Positions 1 through 11,274 of a stretch of 64,000 bases of DNA are shown here, piece after piece. The notes beneath the pieces were generated by a model, which was not told the origin of the DNA, did no database searches, and saw only the letters and a list, made by a program, of their open reading frames with translations. A program made the translations under genes and the position numbers. Origin of the DNA: an uncultured Gammaproteobacteria bacterium (GTDB lineage: Bacteria > Pseudomonadota > Gammaproteobacteria > JAURND01). Where the stretch lies: positions 1,088,001-1,152,000 of the forward strand of contig CAVQQD010000002.1 in the NCBI GenBank assembly GCA_963714975.1, given 5' to 3'. Each line of letters opens with the position of its first letter. Position 1 is the first letter of the stretch.

Positions 1-742
1 AAGGGGAAGTTAGCCCCTCACGATAAAAAATCGTCACCCGACTCGCCGTAGCAAAAATACGCGCAGTTGGAATGATCGATAAATGAGTATCCAAAATATA
101 CACCGGTTTCTGATAAACCTCGTTCCCTAAGCGGACATTAAGTTGTGGATTATCATGATTAATAGTTTTTGCAGTAGTCAAAATAGCGTCTGACCGATAG
201 CGCCATTGATGGGTAAAAAGCTGCAATTCTGCACCTGTAATGGCAACCGGCTCACCCTTCGGACCAGCAATTTTGCCATCTAAACTCAAGGCAATTTTAG
301 CCGTAACCCGAGGACGACGCTGCAAAGTCCAATGATGATAACTGGAATAGAAAGCCTCTATTTCTGGCACCAAAATTTGCTGACAAGTAATTCCAGCCTC
401 TTTGAGTTGCTGCTCCCCTTTACCCGCCACTACAGGATTAGGATCTTGATAAGCATAGAATACTTCCTTTACTTGACGCTGAATCAATAAATTAGTGCAT
501 GGCGGTGTTCTGCCAAAATGGCAGCAAGGCTCTAGGCTGAGGTAGACAGTGGATTGACGAGACTGCTCGAGAGTTAATTTTTGCAAGGCCTCTACTTCAG
601 CATGAGGACGCCCTGCAGCCCAGTGAAAACCTTCTGATAAAATAGCCCCGTCCTTAACGACTACCGCCCCTACCGCTGGATTGGGAGCACAAAATCCACG
701 CCTTTGTTCCGCAAGCGACAAAACCCGCTCGAAATAACTCAA
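1..742 (-). CDS. ribD: Riboflavin biosynthesis deaminase/reductase RibD (5' part; runs off the window's left edge)
   Basis: Not in the ORF track. Manual translation from TTG at 742 (TTGA overlap with the lpxA stop) gives [29 protein letters not shown]..., with the HAE and LEPCCHFGRTPPC Zn motifs and the reductase segment KIALSLDGKIA. Confidence 0.9.
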   Translation of the reverse strand, partial: MSYFERVLSLAEQRRGFCAPNPAVGAVVVKDGAILSEGFHWAAGRPHAEVEALQKLTLEQSRQSTVYLSLEPCCHFGRTPPCTNLLIQRQVKEVFYAYQDPNPVVAGKGEQQLKEAGITCQQILVPEIEAFYSSYHHWTLQRRPRVTAKIALSLDGKIAGPKGEPVAITGAELQLFTHQWRYRSDAILTTAKTINHDNPQLNVRLGNEVYQKPVYILDTHLSIIPTARIFATASRVTIFYREGLTSP

Positions 743-1509
743 CGTGCAATACCTCGCTTCGAATTTCGGATAGCTTCTACAAAAGACTTAACCTCGGGAT
801 ATTCCAGTGACATTCTTTCCAGCTCTATAAGCGCCTCTTGCAATCGCAGGTCTTGTCGATAAGTTAATGAGTAAGCGCGCTTAAAAGCACGGATGCTTTG
901 ATCGCTAAAGCCATGGCGCTTTAACCCCACCAAGTTAATTCCTCTGGGCGCTCCAGGTATTCCAGTCACCAACATATAGGGCGGAATATCTTGACCCACT
1001 TTAGTGGCCCGACCCAAAAAACTATAAGCACCGATGGAGACAAATTGATGCACTGCACAAAATGCACCAAACCAGGCAAAATCTTCTACTTGCACATGGC
1101 CTGCTAAGCTGGCGTTATTCGCCAAAGTTACCTCATTGCCGACAATGCAGTCATGAGCAACATGAACATAGGCCATAAAAAAATTTCGACTACCAATGCG
1201 GGTAACACCTCCTCCTTGTACAGTACCCCGATGAAAGGTACAAAATTCACGAATAATATTATCATCGCCTATTTCCAAAAAAGTAGGCTCACCCTGATAG
1301 CCACTATGTTGAGGATCCCCGCCTAAAGCCGCAAAAGCCTCAATTTTGTTGTTACAACCAATTTTAGTATTGGAATGAATATAGACATTAGGACCAATGT
1401 AAGTTCCAGAACCTATTTCCACATTGGGACCAATAATAGCAAACGGCGAAATGCGAACATCACTGGCAATTATAGCGCTCGGATCGACTATAGCACGGGG
1501 ATCAATCAC
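739..1509 (-). CDS. lpxA: UDP-N-acetylglucosamine O-acyltransferase
   Basis: Hexapeptide repeats, [11 protein letters not shown] and HVAHDC. The likely start is GTG at 1509 (GTGA overlap with the fabZ stop) rather than 1548. Confidence 0.95.
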   Translation of the reverse strand: MIDPRAIVDPSAIIASDVRISPFAIIGPNVEIGSGTYIGPNVYIHSNTKIGCNNKIEAFAALGGDPQHSGYQGEPTFLEIGDDNIIREFCTFHRGTVQGGGVTRIGSRNFFMAYVHVAHDCIVGNEVTLANNASLAGHVQVEDFAWFGAFCAVHQFVSIGAYSFLGRATKVGQDIPPYMLVTGIPGAPRGINLVGLKRHGFSDQSIRAFKRAYSLTYRQDLRLQEALIELERMSLEYPEVKSFVEAIRNSKRGIAR

Positions 1510-1946
1510 TTTTTCCGTCTCCGCGTTTGCATCAATTCTGCCACACATGCCACTTCGCCATTCACCGTAGCAGTACCCTGAAATTTATATAAATCTTGTT
1601 TCGCACGTACCAATTCCACACGGAGCAATAATTGATCACCCGGTAACACCATGCGTTTAAAACGCGCATTATCAACACCTACGAATAAAAACAGATTGTC
1701 TTTATGAGACAAAGAAGGATTCGAGGTTAAGATGATAATGCCTGCGGCTTGGGCTAATGCTTCGAGAATAATGACTCCGGGCAGTACCGGTTGCTCAGGA
1801 AAATGTCCAGTAAAGAATGGCTCATTCACAGTTACATTTTTCAATGCTAATACTGACTTCTCATCCAACTCTAACACGCGATCGATCAATAAAAAAGGAT
1901 ATCGATGAGGCAAATATGCCATTATGTCTTGTATATCCATTGTCAC
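1506..1946 (-). CDS. fabZ: 3-hydroxyacyl-ACP dehydratase
   Basis: [13 protein letters not shown] and [21 protein letters not shown] motifs; lies between lpxD and lpxA. Confidence 0.97.
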   Translation of the reverse strand: MTMDIQDIMAYLPHRYPFLLIDRVLELDEKSVLALKNVTVNEPFFTGHFPEQPVLPGVIILEALAQAAGIIILTSNPSLSHKDNLFLFVGVDNARFKRMVLPGDQLLLRVELVRAKQDLYKFQGTATVNGEVACVAELMQTRRRKK

Positions 1947-2980
1947 GATAAGATTCCCTCTCTCTTTTCTAATTTCCGCAATCGACGCGCCATATCATCT
2001 AACTTGGTAAAACGGACCGCATTTTTTCTCCATTCCAGATTAGGATGAGCTGGGATACCCGAAGAATAAATTCCTGGATTTAAAATAGAGGAATGTACGT
2101 GGGTTCCAGCAGTTAAAATGACACGATCAGCAATTTCAAGATGTCCTGCAATACCCACTTTACCGCCAACCATGACATTTTTACCAATACGAACTCCTCC
2201 GGCAATTGCCACACAACCAGCAATGATAGAATGCGCCCCTATAATGACATTGTGCCCAATCTGAATCTGATTATCTAATTTAACCCCTGATTCGATTACA
2301 GTATCATTGAGAGCGCCTCGATCAATGGTGGTATTGGCGCCAATTTCCACATCATCGCCAACTTGCACCCCTCCTAACTGAGGAATTTTATACCAAGTTC
2401 CATTCTCATTTTCGAAACCAAAACCATCACTACCTAATACAGCTCCACTATGGATAATGACTCGATCACCTATTTTTACATCATGATACAAGGTGGCATT
2501 AGGCCACAACCAACAAACATCCCCGATCGTAACTGACTCTCCCAAAACGCAACCTGGACCAAGCACAGTACCTTCCCCGATGTGGGCATGATCTCCAATG
2601 ACACAATGTGGACCAATACTGGCTGTACTGGAAATGCTACAACATTCCCCTATCACCGCAGTAGGATGGATGCCAGGAGCTATAAAAGAGGGAGCTTGAA
2701 ATAAAACAGCAATCTTGGCAAAAGCCAAACGAGGATTTTGGGCAATGATTAAATTTCGATGAACTCCTGCATATTCAAGATCTTTGTGCGACAAAATAAT
2801 AGCAGAAGCATGTGTAGAAGCTAAAACATCCCGATAGCGTGGGTCATAAAAAAAAACCACATCCCCCTTTTCTGCGGCGTCTAATGAGGCTACTCCCTGA
2901 ATAAGACACTCAGGGTCACCTTGAAATTCAGCTTTTAAATACTGGGCTAATTCAGCTAATGTTACGTGTTTTTTCGACAT
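1943..2980 (-). CDS. lpxD: UDP-3-O-acyl-glucosamine N-acyltransferase
   Basis: Hexapeptide repeats, [17 protein letters not shown] and [11 protein letters not shown]. Confidence 0.97.
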   Translation of the reverse strand: MSKKHVTLAELAQYLKAEFQGDPECLIQGVASLDAAEKGDVVFFYDPRYRDVLASTHASAIILSHKDLEYAGVHRNLIIAQNPRLAFAKIAVLFQAPSFIAPGIHPTAVIGECCSISSTASIGPHCVIGDHAHIGEGTVLGPGCVLGESVTIGDVCWLWPNATLYHDVKIGDRVIIHSGAVLGSDGFGFENENGTWYKIPQLGGVQVGDDVEIGANTTIDRGALNDTVIESGVKLDNQIQIGHNVIIGAHSIIAGCVAIAGGVRIGKNVMVGGKVGIAGHLEIADRVILTAGTHVHSSILNPGIYSSGIPAHPNLEWRKNAVRFTKLDDMARRLRKLEKREGILS

Positions 2981-3003
2981 TTAATTTATACCTCGGGATT
3001 AAT

Positions 3004-3034
3004 CCCTAACCCCTTCTCCCACAAGGGGAGAAGG
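3004..3034. repeat. Palindromic repeat, family A/B (CCTTCTCCC-ACAAG-GGGAGAAGG core)
   Basis: Same hairpin core as more than 20 other copies in the window; intergenic between skp and lpxD. Confidence 0.85.
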
Positions 3035-3074
3035 AATAATGCCGCGGGTTTATGTAGAGGGGATGGATTATAAA

Positions 3075-3578
3075 TTACTTCTGCCCAAATGCACTACGCA
3101 CAGCACCTGTTATATCTGTGCCATCAGGAGCATAAGGAGCGACTTCAGCTAGAAGCACATAATCGTAACCGCTTGATTTAGCCACTTGGGCTACCTTAGC
3201 TTTGACCTTATCTAACAAGACATTAACTTGTTTACTTTGAGCAGCCACGTAGTCACGTTGAAAACCCATTTGCAGTTGCTTTAAATTTTGTTCTTCCTGG
3301 ACTAACCTTTGGGTAGCTGCCTGCTTACCTTTCTCTGTAATGGTAGCTACATTACGATTAAAGTCTTCATAGTCTTTCTTAAAAGCAGCTTGAGCTGACT
3401 TTATCTTGCTCTCTTTATCGGCAAAGTCTTTTTTCAAATTATCGCCAATAGCTTTCATTTCCGGCAAATTTTGCAATAAATCCTGCATATTCAAAATTCC
3501 GATTTTAACGTCAGCCCATGCTGTAGAAAATACAGTTAAGCAAATTCCTGCAAAACAGGTTATCAAAATTTTTTTCAT
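3075..3578 (-). CDS. skp: Periplasmic chaperone Skp/OmpH
   Basis: Signal peptide (AWA), KIGILNMQ, coiled-coil body and DITGAV end; lies between bamA and lpxD. Confidence 0.88.
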   Translation of the reverse strand: MKKILITCFAGICLTVFSTAWADVKIGILNMQDLLQNLPEMKAIGDNLKKDFADKESKIKSAQAAFKKDYEDFNRNVATITEKGKQAATQRLVQEEQNLKQLQMGFQRDYVAAQSKQVNVLLDKVKAKVAQVAKSSGYDYVLLAEVAPYAPDGTDITGAVRSAFGQK

Positions 3579-3635
3579 CAATTTCTCCTAATGTTAATTG
3601 TTTAGACTACGCCCGCGGCATAGCCGCTGGCTTGC

Positions 3636-3667
3636 CCAAGGGGGAGAACTGCATCTCTCCCCCTTGG
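3636..3667. terminator. Stem-loop between bamA and skp (possible terminator or RNA stabiliser)
   Basis: 12-bp perfect arms CCAAGGGGGAGA / TCTCCCCCTTGG; no clear U-tract. Confidence 0.35.
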
Positions 3668-3776
3668 TAATCCCCCATGACTTTGTCCATGGCTAATGGG
3701 TTTAAATTAAAATCCATCTTTGCAGTTCCAGATGAACAGCCCAGATGAAGGTTGTAGAGTATATATAAATATCAGA

Positions 3777-6068
3777 TTAAAAACTAGTTCCTACAGAAAA
3801 TTGAAACGCCTCTAATTGATCGTCGTCTCGAGAATTGATAGCCTTAGCCAAACTAAGCCGTAACAAACCCATAGGAGAAGCCCAATCTACTTCTATACCC
3901 GTTGAACAACGTAACTTACGGAAACTAAACTCATCGTGATACACATTACCCGCATCAAAAAATACCGAAGTACGTACCCGCTCACTAATTGGGTTAGGGA
4001 TAATTAAATTAAAACTTCCCACTGCTAAGACATTACCCCCAATAGGATTGTTATTAGAATCCCTGGGACCTAAACTGTTTCCTTCATAACCTCGAACCGT
4101 TCCCATGCCACCTGCATAGTAATTTTTAAAGAATGGCAACTGACTTAGATTACCGTAACCATTGCCATAACCCAAACCAGCATTTAATAACAAAATAACG
4201 CCCTTCCAAATCGGTTGATACAGGGTCGCATCATAATTCAATTTATAATAGTCCAGGGGGTGAGGGAGTAACGGGACACCCAGTTCAGCACCTACCCATT
4301 GGTTAAAGCCTTTGGTCGGAAATACGGCACGATCATAAGTATTGTGCATCCACCCCAGAAGGAATTTCACATTATTAAAATGATTACCATTATCCTCAAT
4401 AAATTCGGTGATCTGCTTTGACGGTGTTCCAGTTTTTACATGCAAATACTCATAACCATAGGAAAAATTAATCCGATCAAATTCGCTCATAGGTATCTGA
4501 TAAGTCATGGCAGTTCCTATAGAATCTAAGGTGTAAGGAGCAATATCCGTTGCAGCGCCTGGTGTGGTTTGTTGGTAAAACATGCTAAAACCACGACTTA
4601 TGCCAGAAAGAGTATAATAAGGATCAAAATAACTAAAGCTGTAGGTTTGTGCGTATTGGCTGTTATTAAATCCTAAAGAAACTGATTTACCAGTGCCCCT
4701 AAAGTTCTTTTGCACAATGCTAGCACCATAGAGAATTCCATAAGTATCTGAATACCCTACTTGCGCACTCGCCGTTGTAGAGGAAGCTTCCTTGACATTG
4801 TAATTGACATCCACCTGATCGAGCTTTCCTGGTACAGGTTGCATCGTCACTTGGATATTCTCCAAATACCCCAAGTTATTGAGGCGACGATTGGTTTCAT
4901 CTAATTTCGATACCGAATAAACCGCACCTTCCATTTGTCGGGTTTCTCGTCTCATCACATAATCGGCTGTTTTAGTATTCCCGGTATAATTGATATTTCT
5001 CACATAAATACGTTCTTTTAAACTGACAATAAAAGTTAAAAAGACTTGTTTGTGTATTTCATCAATGGTGGGTTCAGCATTTACCATGGCATTGGCATAG
5101 CCCTGATCACCATAATAACGGCCTATTGCACTATTAATGGCCAATACTTTTCTACGATCAAATACTTGATTAGGTTTAATGATCACTAATTTACTTACAG
5201 CTTGCTCTTGGCCTAACAAGTTACCGCCTAACGCAAACCCTTTGATCCGGTACACATCTCCTTCACTAACATGAATGGTAATATAAACGTCTTTTCGATT
5301 TGGAGTAATAGTGACTTGGCTGGAATCAATTTTAAATTTGATATAGCCCCGATCAAAATAAAATGAACGCAAATCATCTAAATCTTGTTGGAGTTTCTCT
5401 TGAGAATATTCGTCACGATCGCTAAAAAATTGCCACCAAGAAGTAGGAGTCATTGTCAGTTGACTTATTAACTTCTTACTGCTAAATACTTTGTTACCTA
5501 CAATATTAATTTCTTTAACTTTAGCAATATGCCCTTCATAAATATGGATGTTTAATTCCACGCGATTGCGGCTTTGCGGCTGTAGAGAAGTTTCCACAGT
5601 CGCATCATAACGACCCAATGCATAATATTGCTCAAGTAATGCCCGCTTCATTGCTTCTACGGTAGATTGGTCGAGCACTTCTCCTTCCTGGATGCCACCG
5701 CGTTTTAAAGCATCTTGTAAATCTTTGGTCTTAACCTTTTTATTTCCGGTAATCGTTATCAGACCAATCGTAGCACGCTCCATGACGTGAATGACTAAAG
5801 TGTTCCCCCGCCGCGATAAGCTAACATCGCTAAAAAAACCAGTCTTATATAGAGCATTAATAATTTCGCCAGTGTCCTCAGCATTGATAGTCTGCCCTTC
5901 ATGGATAGGCAAATATTCTAGGACAGTCTGAGAATTGATTCTTTGCAGGCCAACAACTTCAATCTTCTCCACTAAAAAACCGTCTGCGGCATAAGCGGAA
6001 AAAACCAGCAACCCAAACAACAACAATAATATAGCAGAGACTATATTCTTAATTTTATTTAGAAACAT
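3777..6068 (-). CDS. bamA: Outer membrane protein assembly factor BamA
   Basis: POTRA repeats, VRGY motif, W.SPMG.L and C-terminal FQFSVGTSF. Confidence 0.97.
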   Translation of the reverse strand: MFLNKIKNIVSAILLLLFGLLVFSAYAADGFLVEKIEVVGLQRINSQTVLEYLPIHEGQTINAEDTGEIINALYKTGFFSDVSLSRRGNTLVIHVMERATIGLITITGNKKVKTKDLQDALKRGGIQEGEVLDQSTVEAMKRALLEQYYALGRYDATVETSLQPQSRNRVELNIHIYEGHIAKVKEINIVGNKVFSSKKLISQLTMTPTSWWQFFSDRDEYSQEKLQQDLDDLRSFYFDRGYIKFKIDSSQVTITPNRKDVYITIHVSEGDVYRIKGFALGGNLLGQEQAVSKLVIIKPNQVFDRRKVLAINSAIGRYYGDQGYANAMVNAEPTIDEIHKQVFLTFIVSLKERIYVRNINYTGNTKTADYVMRRETRQMEGAVYSVSKLDETNRRLNNLGYLENIQVTMQPVPGKLDQVDVNYNVKEASSTTASAQVGYSDTYGILYGASIVQKNFRGTGKSVSLGFNNSQYAQTYSFSYFDPYYTLSGISRGFSMFYQQTTPGAATDIAPYTLDSIGTAMTYQIPMSEFDRINFSYGYEYLHVKTGTPSKQITEFIEDNGNHFNNVKFLLGWMHNTYDRAVFPTKGFNQWVGAELGVPLLPHPLDYYKLNYDATLYQPIWKGVILLLNAGLGYGNGYGNLSQLPFFKNYYAGGMGTVRGYEGNSLGPRDSNNNPIGGNVLAVGSFNLIIPNPISERVRTSVFFDAGNVYHDEFSFRKLRCSTGIEVDWASPMGLLRLSLAKAINSRDDDQLEAFQFSVGTSF

Positions 6069-6083
6069 GTTAATTGCCTATTA

Positions 6084-7388
6084 TTAGTATTCTTCAACTG
6101 CAGTTCCACCAACTACACTTCCTAAAGAAGCGCGAGTATACCTCAAGTTTTGCTTCGCTTCTACACGAGCTATAGCATCAGCTGCCAAAATAGCTTCTAA
6201 ATTTTTAGCAGCGTTTACCGAAACATTACTCAATACCTGCTCCACAATCACGGGAATATCCATAAAACCTATTTTTCGCTCTAAAAAGGCTTGTACTGCC
6301 ACCTCATTTGCAGCATTCAAGATGGTAGTGGCTGTCCCGCCTCTTTGCAAAGCCTGCAATGCCAACGCAAAGCAAGGGTAACGCTCCAACGACAGCGGCC
6401 TAAATTCAAAAGGCTGCGTTGTTAACAAATCTAAACTGCTTACACCGGAAACCATACGTTTTGGCCAGGCTAATGTTTGCGCAATGGGGGTACGCATATC
6501 CGGTTGCCCCAATTGCGCCAGCATGGAACCATCTACATATTCCACTAGAGAGTGAATAACACTTTGGGGATGTAATACTACATGGATATCGGGTTGCTTC
6601 ATCCCAAATAACCAACTGGCTTCAATCACTTCTAAGCCCTTATTCATCATCGTGGCGCAATCTACGGTGATTTTTTTTCCCATCAGCCAATTGGGGTGCT
6701 GACAGGCTTGTTCTGGTGTTGCTTCGGCTAAACGATCCAACGGCCAATCGCGAAATACCCCGCCAGAGGCAGTTAAAATGATCCGTTTGACTCCAGCACA
6801 AGGATAGCCAGGGTTAAAATCAGTCGGCAAACATTGAAAAATAGCATTATGTTCACTGTCCACAGGCAATAAAATAGCGCCACTGTTATGGACCGCCTCT
6901 ATCAATAATGCGCCTGACATCACCAAGGCCTCTTTATTAGCCAGGAGAACTCGCTTGCCTGCATTCGCTGCCGCTAAGGTGGGTAATAACCCTGCAGCTC
7001 CCACGATACAAGCCATAACAGTGTCCACCTCAGCATCACTAGCCACCCGGACTAAAGCATCTTCTCCTACTAATACTTGGGTTTCTTGCCCCTGTTGGTT
7101 AAGTTGCTTTTCAAGCACGGCAGCCGCATTTTCATCACGCAGTACGACATAGCGAGGATTAAATTCACGACATTGCTTTAATAGACATTCGATATTATTG
7201 TTGGCTGTTAGGGCAAATACCCGGAATTGCTCTGGATGTAATGCAATAACTTTTAAGGTATTGACTCCAATTGAACCTGTAGAGCCCAAAATAGTAATGT
7301 TGCTCGTGCCAGAAAAAACAAAGTCGCTTTGGCTTCCTGCGCCATGGACCCCTACTTCCTGCAGAGACGACGTGAGAGTAGTATTCAT
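6084..7388 (-). CDS. dxr: 1-deoxy-D-xylulose 5-phosphate reductoisomerase
   Basis: ILGSTGSIG, LANKE, PVDSEH, HPNW.MG.KIT and NAANE motifs. Probable start is ATG 7388 (ATGA overlap with the cdsA stop). Confidence 0.96.
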   Translation of the reverse strand: MNTTLTSSLQEVGVHGAGSQSDFVFSGTSNITILGSTGSIGVNTLKVIALHPEQFRVFALTANNNIECLLKQCREFNPRYVVLRDENAAAVLEKQLNQQGQETQVLVGEDALVRVASDAEVDTVMACIVGAAGLLPTLAAANAGKRVLLANKEALVMSGALLIEAVHNSGAILLPVDSEHNAIFQCLPTDFNPGYPCAGVKRIILTASGGVFRDWPLDRLAEATPEQACQHPNWLMGKKITVDCATMMNKGLEVIEASWLFGMKQPDIHVVLHPQSVIHSLVEYVDGSMLAQLGQPDMRTPIAQTLAWPKRMVSGVSSLDLLTTQPFEFRPLSLERYPCFALALQALQRGGTATTILNAANEVAVQAFLERKIGFMDIPVIVEQVLSNVSVNAAKNLEAILAADAIARVEAKQNLRYTRASLGSVVGGTAVEEY

Positions 7389-8203
7389 TTTAAATGATAT
7401 TCTAACAACCAAACTCCAATAGCAAAAAATGGGGAGGCACTAATGAGGCTATCGAGACGATCTAAAACGCCTCCGTGGCCAGGCAATAAATTTCCGCTGT
7501 CTTTGACTCGGGCTTGCCTTTTTACCATACTTTCAAAGAGATCACCGGCAACAGTTACAAAAGAAATTAGTGCGGCAAGGAATAAAAAACCAACATATTG
7601 TTTTAAGCCAAAAGGAAAAAATAATCCCACAACTGCTGCAACAATCAAGGTAAGGCCAACGCCTCCAACCATCCCTTCAACTGTTTTACCAGGACTAATT
7701 GTAGGAGCCAACTTCTGTCGACCAAAAGAGCGACCAATAAAATAAGCTCCAGTATCAGCGCTCCAAACATAGATCAGTAAAATAATAAGATAAGCAGGAC
7801 CTAAATAGGAATCTTGAGAACGAATATAATTAATTGAATACCAGGCAATGCTGAGCAGCAATAACCCAAGCACCGATCTCAGCGGCCTATTAACCGACCA
7901 AATTTCGCCAAACATAGCGTAATTAAAAATAAAATAGCTGAGTATTAGCCAAAGTAATATTCCCACCAGCAACACCACCGGGGCTTGTATCTGATATATG
8001 ACACAAAAACCAAGAAACATGATTACTAAATAGGAACCTTGGGCTTTAATTGTTTCAAAGCCAATTAACTTGGCCCACTCCCAAGCAGCTACTAAAAAAA
8101 CGACTCCCACCATGGCCACAAACCAATACTGAGGCAAAAGCAAAATAGCTAGTAGTACTAGTGGGATTATTATGATTGAAGTGATAACTCGTTTGAGTAA
8201 CAT
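7385..8203 (-). CDS. cdsA: Phosphatidate cytidylyltransferase
   Basis: Multi-TM protein with SPGKTVEG and KDSGNLLPGHGGVLDRLDS. Confidence 0.96.
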   Translation of the reverse strand: MLLKRVITSIIIIPLVLLAILLLPQYWFVAMVGVVFLVAAWEWAKLIGFETIKAQGSYLVIMFLGFCVIYQIQAPVVLLVGILLWLILSYFIFNYAMFGEIWSVNRPLRSVLGLLLLSIAWYSINYIRSQDSYLGPAYLIILLIYVWSADTGAYFIGRSFGRQKLAPTISPGKTVEGMVGGVGLTLIVAAVVGLFFPFGLKQYVGFLFLAALISFVTVAGDLFESMVKRQARVKDSGNLLPGHGGVLDRLDSLISASPFFAIGVWLLEYHLK

Positions 8204-8229
8204 TGCCCCTCCTTGAAATCTCCCCTAAC

Positions 8230-8964
8230 CTAGGGGGGATTTGTTGTTTTAACTAATCCATAACGCCGCTGCCGTAAAGAAAATTCATATAATGCTTGTT
8301 CAAACTCTACCTCATTAAAATCTGGCCATAAAATCTCAGTAAAATACAGTTCAGTATAAGCCAACTGCCAAAGCAGAAAATTACTGATTCTTTGCTCACC
8401 ACTAGTGCGAATGAATAAATCAGGCAAGGGCAAATCCGCTAAGCATAAAAAATTCTGAATGTGCTGATAAGTAATTTCAACTGCTGTTAATGCTTTTTTG
8501 GCTATTTTCGCACCTAGTTTCTGTGTAGCCTGTAGTATGTCCCATTGACCGCTATAATTAAAAGCAATCACTAATGTCAGACCGGTATTAGCCTCAGTCA
8601 GTGTTTGCACATGTTCAATTTTGGCTAATAATTCCGAGCTAATTCTGGCGCGGTCTCCTATTACGCGAAATTGAATATTATTTTTTAAAAACTGTGCCGA
8701 TTGCTCATGTAAATTTGTTAAAAATAGATCCATTAAAAAATTAATTTCTTCCTCAGGTCTACCCCAATTTTCAATTCCAAAGGCAAATAACGTCAGCACT
8801 GAAATTTGTTTTTCCACTGCCACCTTAAGAATTTTTTCAATGCTCTTAACACCTGCTTCATGGCCAGCAACACGAGGTAAGTTGCGCGACTCTGCCCATC
8901 GTCCATTACCATCCATCACAATGGCGATATGTTTTGGCAAATTGTCAGTTGGAGTAGAATTCAT
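8230..8964 (-). CDS. uppS: Undecaprenyl diphosphate synthase
   Basis: HIAIVMDGNGRWA and IRTSGEQRISNFLLWQ. Confidence 0.97.
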   Translation of the reverse strand: MNSTPTDNLPKHIAIVMDGNGRWAESRNLPRVAGHEAGVKSIEKILKVAVEKQISVLTLFAFGIENWGRPEEEINFLMDLFLTNLHEQSAQFLKNNIQFRVIGDRARISSELLAKIEHVQTLTEANTGLTLVIAFNYSGQWDILQATQKLGAKIAKKALTAVEITYQHIQNFLCLADLPLPDLFIRTSGEQRISNFLLWQLAYTELYFTEILWPDFNEVEFEQALYEFSLRQRRYGLVKTTNPP

Positions 8965-8971
8965 GAGGAAT

Positions 8972-9526
8972 CTAAACCTCCATTAATTCTGCTTCCTTAG
9001 CCGCCAATATCTTATCTAATTCAGCAACAAATTTATCGGTTAGCTTTTGCATTTCCGATTCTGCCCGCCGTGCTTCGTCCTCATTCACTTGTTTTTCTTT
9101 CAATAAATCTTTAACACTTTGATTCGCATCTCGGCGAATATTTCGTACCGCGACCCGTGCTCCTTCCGCTGCTTCTCGCACTATTTTCACCAATTCTCTG
9201 CGCCGCTCTTCACTTAAAGGTGGTAGAGGAACTCGTATCAGGGTACCAGCCGGCATAGGATTGAGACCTAATTCAGAAGCTGCGATAGCTTTCTCAATGG
9301 CCTGGACTTGCGATTTATCCCACGGCGTTACTAATAACATCCGTGCACTTTCTACAGAAATGCTAGCAACCTGATTTAAAGGAGTATCCGTCCCATAAAA
9401 AGAAACTTTAATATGATCCAACAAAGCGGGGTTCGCTCTTCCAGTACGTATTTTGGTTAGATCCTGACCCAACGCCTCAACGCTTTTCTGCATTCGCGTA
9501 TTGGCTTCTTTAATAATTGATTGCAT
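8972..9526 (-). CDS. frr: Ribosome recycling factor
   Basis: [19 protein letters not shown] and VRNIRRDAN. Confidence 0.97.
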   Translation of the reverse strand: MQSIIKEANTRMQKSVEALGQDLTKIRTGRANPALLDHIKVSFYGTDTPLNQVASISVESARMLLVTPWDKSQVQAIEKAIAASELGLNPMPAGTLIRVPLPPLSEERRRELVKIVREAAEGARVAVRNIRRDANQSVKDLLKEKQVNEDEARRAESEMQKLTDKFVAELDKILAAKEAELMEV

Positions 9527-9571
9527 AGTTATTACCTCAATATAAATCTGAGAGTGCTAGAACCTTAGCTT

Positions 9572-9636
9572 ACCCCTCATCCGCCAGCCTCCCCTGAGCC
9601 TGTCGAAGGGGCGCCTTCTCCCACAAAGGGAGAAGG
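9572..9636. repeat. Palindromic repeat family A with nested CCTGAGCCTGTCGAAGGG module
   Basis: ACCCCTCATCCG...CCTTCTCCCACAAAGGGAGAAGG; near reverse complement of the copies at 29357 and 43005. Confidence 0.85.
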
Positions 9637-9658
9637 AATAATGTCAAAAGAGGGGGGG

Positions 9659-10381
9659 TTACTTTACTAAAGTACCTTCCTCTTTCCCCAAAACAATCCG
9701 TAAGATTGCTCCTTCCTTATTAATATTAAAAATGCGCAGAATCATGCCATGATCGCGACATTGGCAAAAGGAAGCTAAATCCATCACTGCCAATTCTTTT
9801 TCCAGGGCTTCTTTATAAGTTAATTGGTGGTAGAGCTCTGCATCAGGATTTTTTAAAGGGTCGGCAGAATAGACACCATCTACTTGAGTTGCTTTCAAAA
9901 TGATGTCGGCTTCAATTTCAATGCCACGCAAACTAGCAGCGGAATCAGTAGTCACTAATGGATTGCCTGTCCCACCGGCAAACAACACCACCCGGCCTTT
10001 TTGCAAATGATGAATGGCCTTGCGGCGATCATAATGATCAACCACTCCAGACATGGGAATTGCTGATAAAATACGCGTCGGCAAACTAGCACGTTCAAAA
10101 GCATCACGTAAGGCTAAAGCATTCATGAGGGTGGCTAACATACCCATATAATCACTAGTCACCCGCCCAATTCCAGCTTTGGCTAATGTAGCTCCTCTAA
10201 ATAAATTACCTCCTCCAATCACCACAGCCACTTGCACCCCTAATTTAACCACCTGACAAATTTCTGCTGCCATGCGATCTAATACAGCTGGATCAATGCT
10301 ATTTTTTGTATGGCCTAGCAATGCTTCGCCACTCATCTTCAGCAAAATGCGTCGATAAACCGGCTCAGGTACTTCTTGCAT
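9659..10381 (-). CDS. pyrH: Uridylate kinase
   Basis: [27 protein letters not shown] and TTDSAA. Confidence 0.97.
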   Translation of the reverse strand: MQEVPEPVYRRILLKMSGEALLGHTKNSIDPAVLDRMAAEICQVVKLGVQVAVVIGGGNLFRGATLAKAGIGRVTSDYMGMLATLMNALALRDAFERASLPTRILSAIPMSGVVDHYDRRKAIHHLQKGRVVLFAGGTGNPLVTTDSAASLRGIEIEADIILKATQVDGVYSADPLKNPDAELYHQLTYKEALEKELAVMDLASFCQCRDHGMILRIFNINKEGAILRIVLGKEEGTLVK

Positions 10382-11274
10382 CAATGACCTCCACCCACTT
10401 GCGTCATGACTTCTTTCGCAAAGTCTTCGGTCGGTTTTTCAATGCCTTCCCCTAATTCAAAACGTGCAAATGCCGTTACTTCCGCTTTGGCTTCACTCAA
10501 TAAAACCCCGACTGTTTTTGAGGAATCTTTCACGAAAGGCTGGCCAAGCAAACTAACTTCACTTAAATATTTATTAATTCGGCCCGCAATCATTTTTTCA
10601 ACAATTTCAGCAGGCTTATCGCTCTGGGCAGACTGGGCCGCAAATATTTCCTTTTCTTTGGCAATTAACTCTGCCGGAACATCTTTCTCAGCAATAGCAA
10701 TAGGATTGGCGGCTGCAATGTGCATCGCCAGATCTTTTGCTAACTCAGGATTAGCCACGGTGATTGCCGCTAGCGCACCAATTCGGCCCCCATGGACATA
10801 ACTGCCGATGATGCCACTTGCCTTAATAAGCGCTACCCGACGAATTTGAATGTTTTCTCCCAATTTACTAATAAGTTGTTGGCGGGCATGTTCAATGCTT
10901 TCTTGACTCGTCGTTGAGAGAGTTTGTTCTAACAAACGCGCAGGATCAGCCGCTTGCGTTTCTAAAGCGCGTCGCGCTACTTTGTCAACAAATTCGCCAA
11001 ATGAAGCATCGCGACCAACAAAATCAGTTTCGCAGTTAACTTCCACCAGTGCAGCCAAGTGACCATCGCTAGCAACATACGAGGCGATTCGTCCTTCTGC
11101 CGCAATGCGGCCCGCTTTTTTAGCCGCTTTAGCTGTCCCTTTTATTTTCATGGCTTCAATAGCTTCTTCGATATTACCATTGGCTTCTAATAATGCTGTT
11201 TTGCAATCCATGAACCCTGCCCCAGTCCTTTCCCGGAGCTCTTGTACCTGCGCTGCTGTAATATTAGCACTCAT
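10381..11274 (-). CDS. tsf: Elongation factor Ts
   Basis: [22 protein letters not shown] and RFELGEG. Confidence 0.97.
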   Translation of the reverse strand: MSANITAAQVQELRERTGAGFMDCKTALLEANGNIEEAIEAMKIKGTAKAAKKAGRIAAEGRIASYVASDGHLAALVEVNCETDFVGRDASFGEFVDKVARRALETQAADPARLLEQTLSTTSQESIEHARQQLISKLGENIQIRRVALIKASGIIGSYVHGGRIGALAAITVANPELAKDLAMHIAAANPIAIAEKDVPAELIAKEKEIFAAQSAQSDKPAEIVEKMIAGRINKYLSEVSLLGQPFVKDSSKTVGVLLSEAKAEVTAFARFELGEGIEKPTEDFAKEVMTQVGGGH

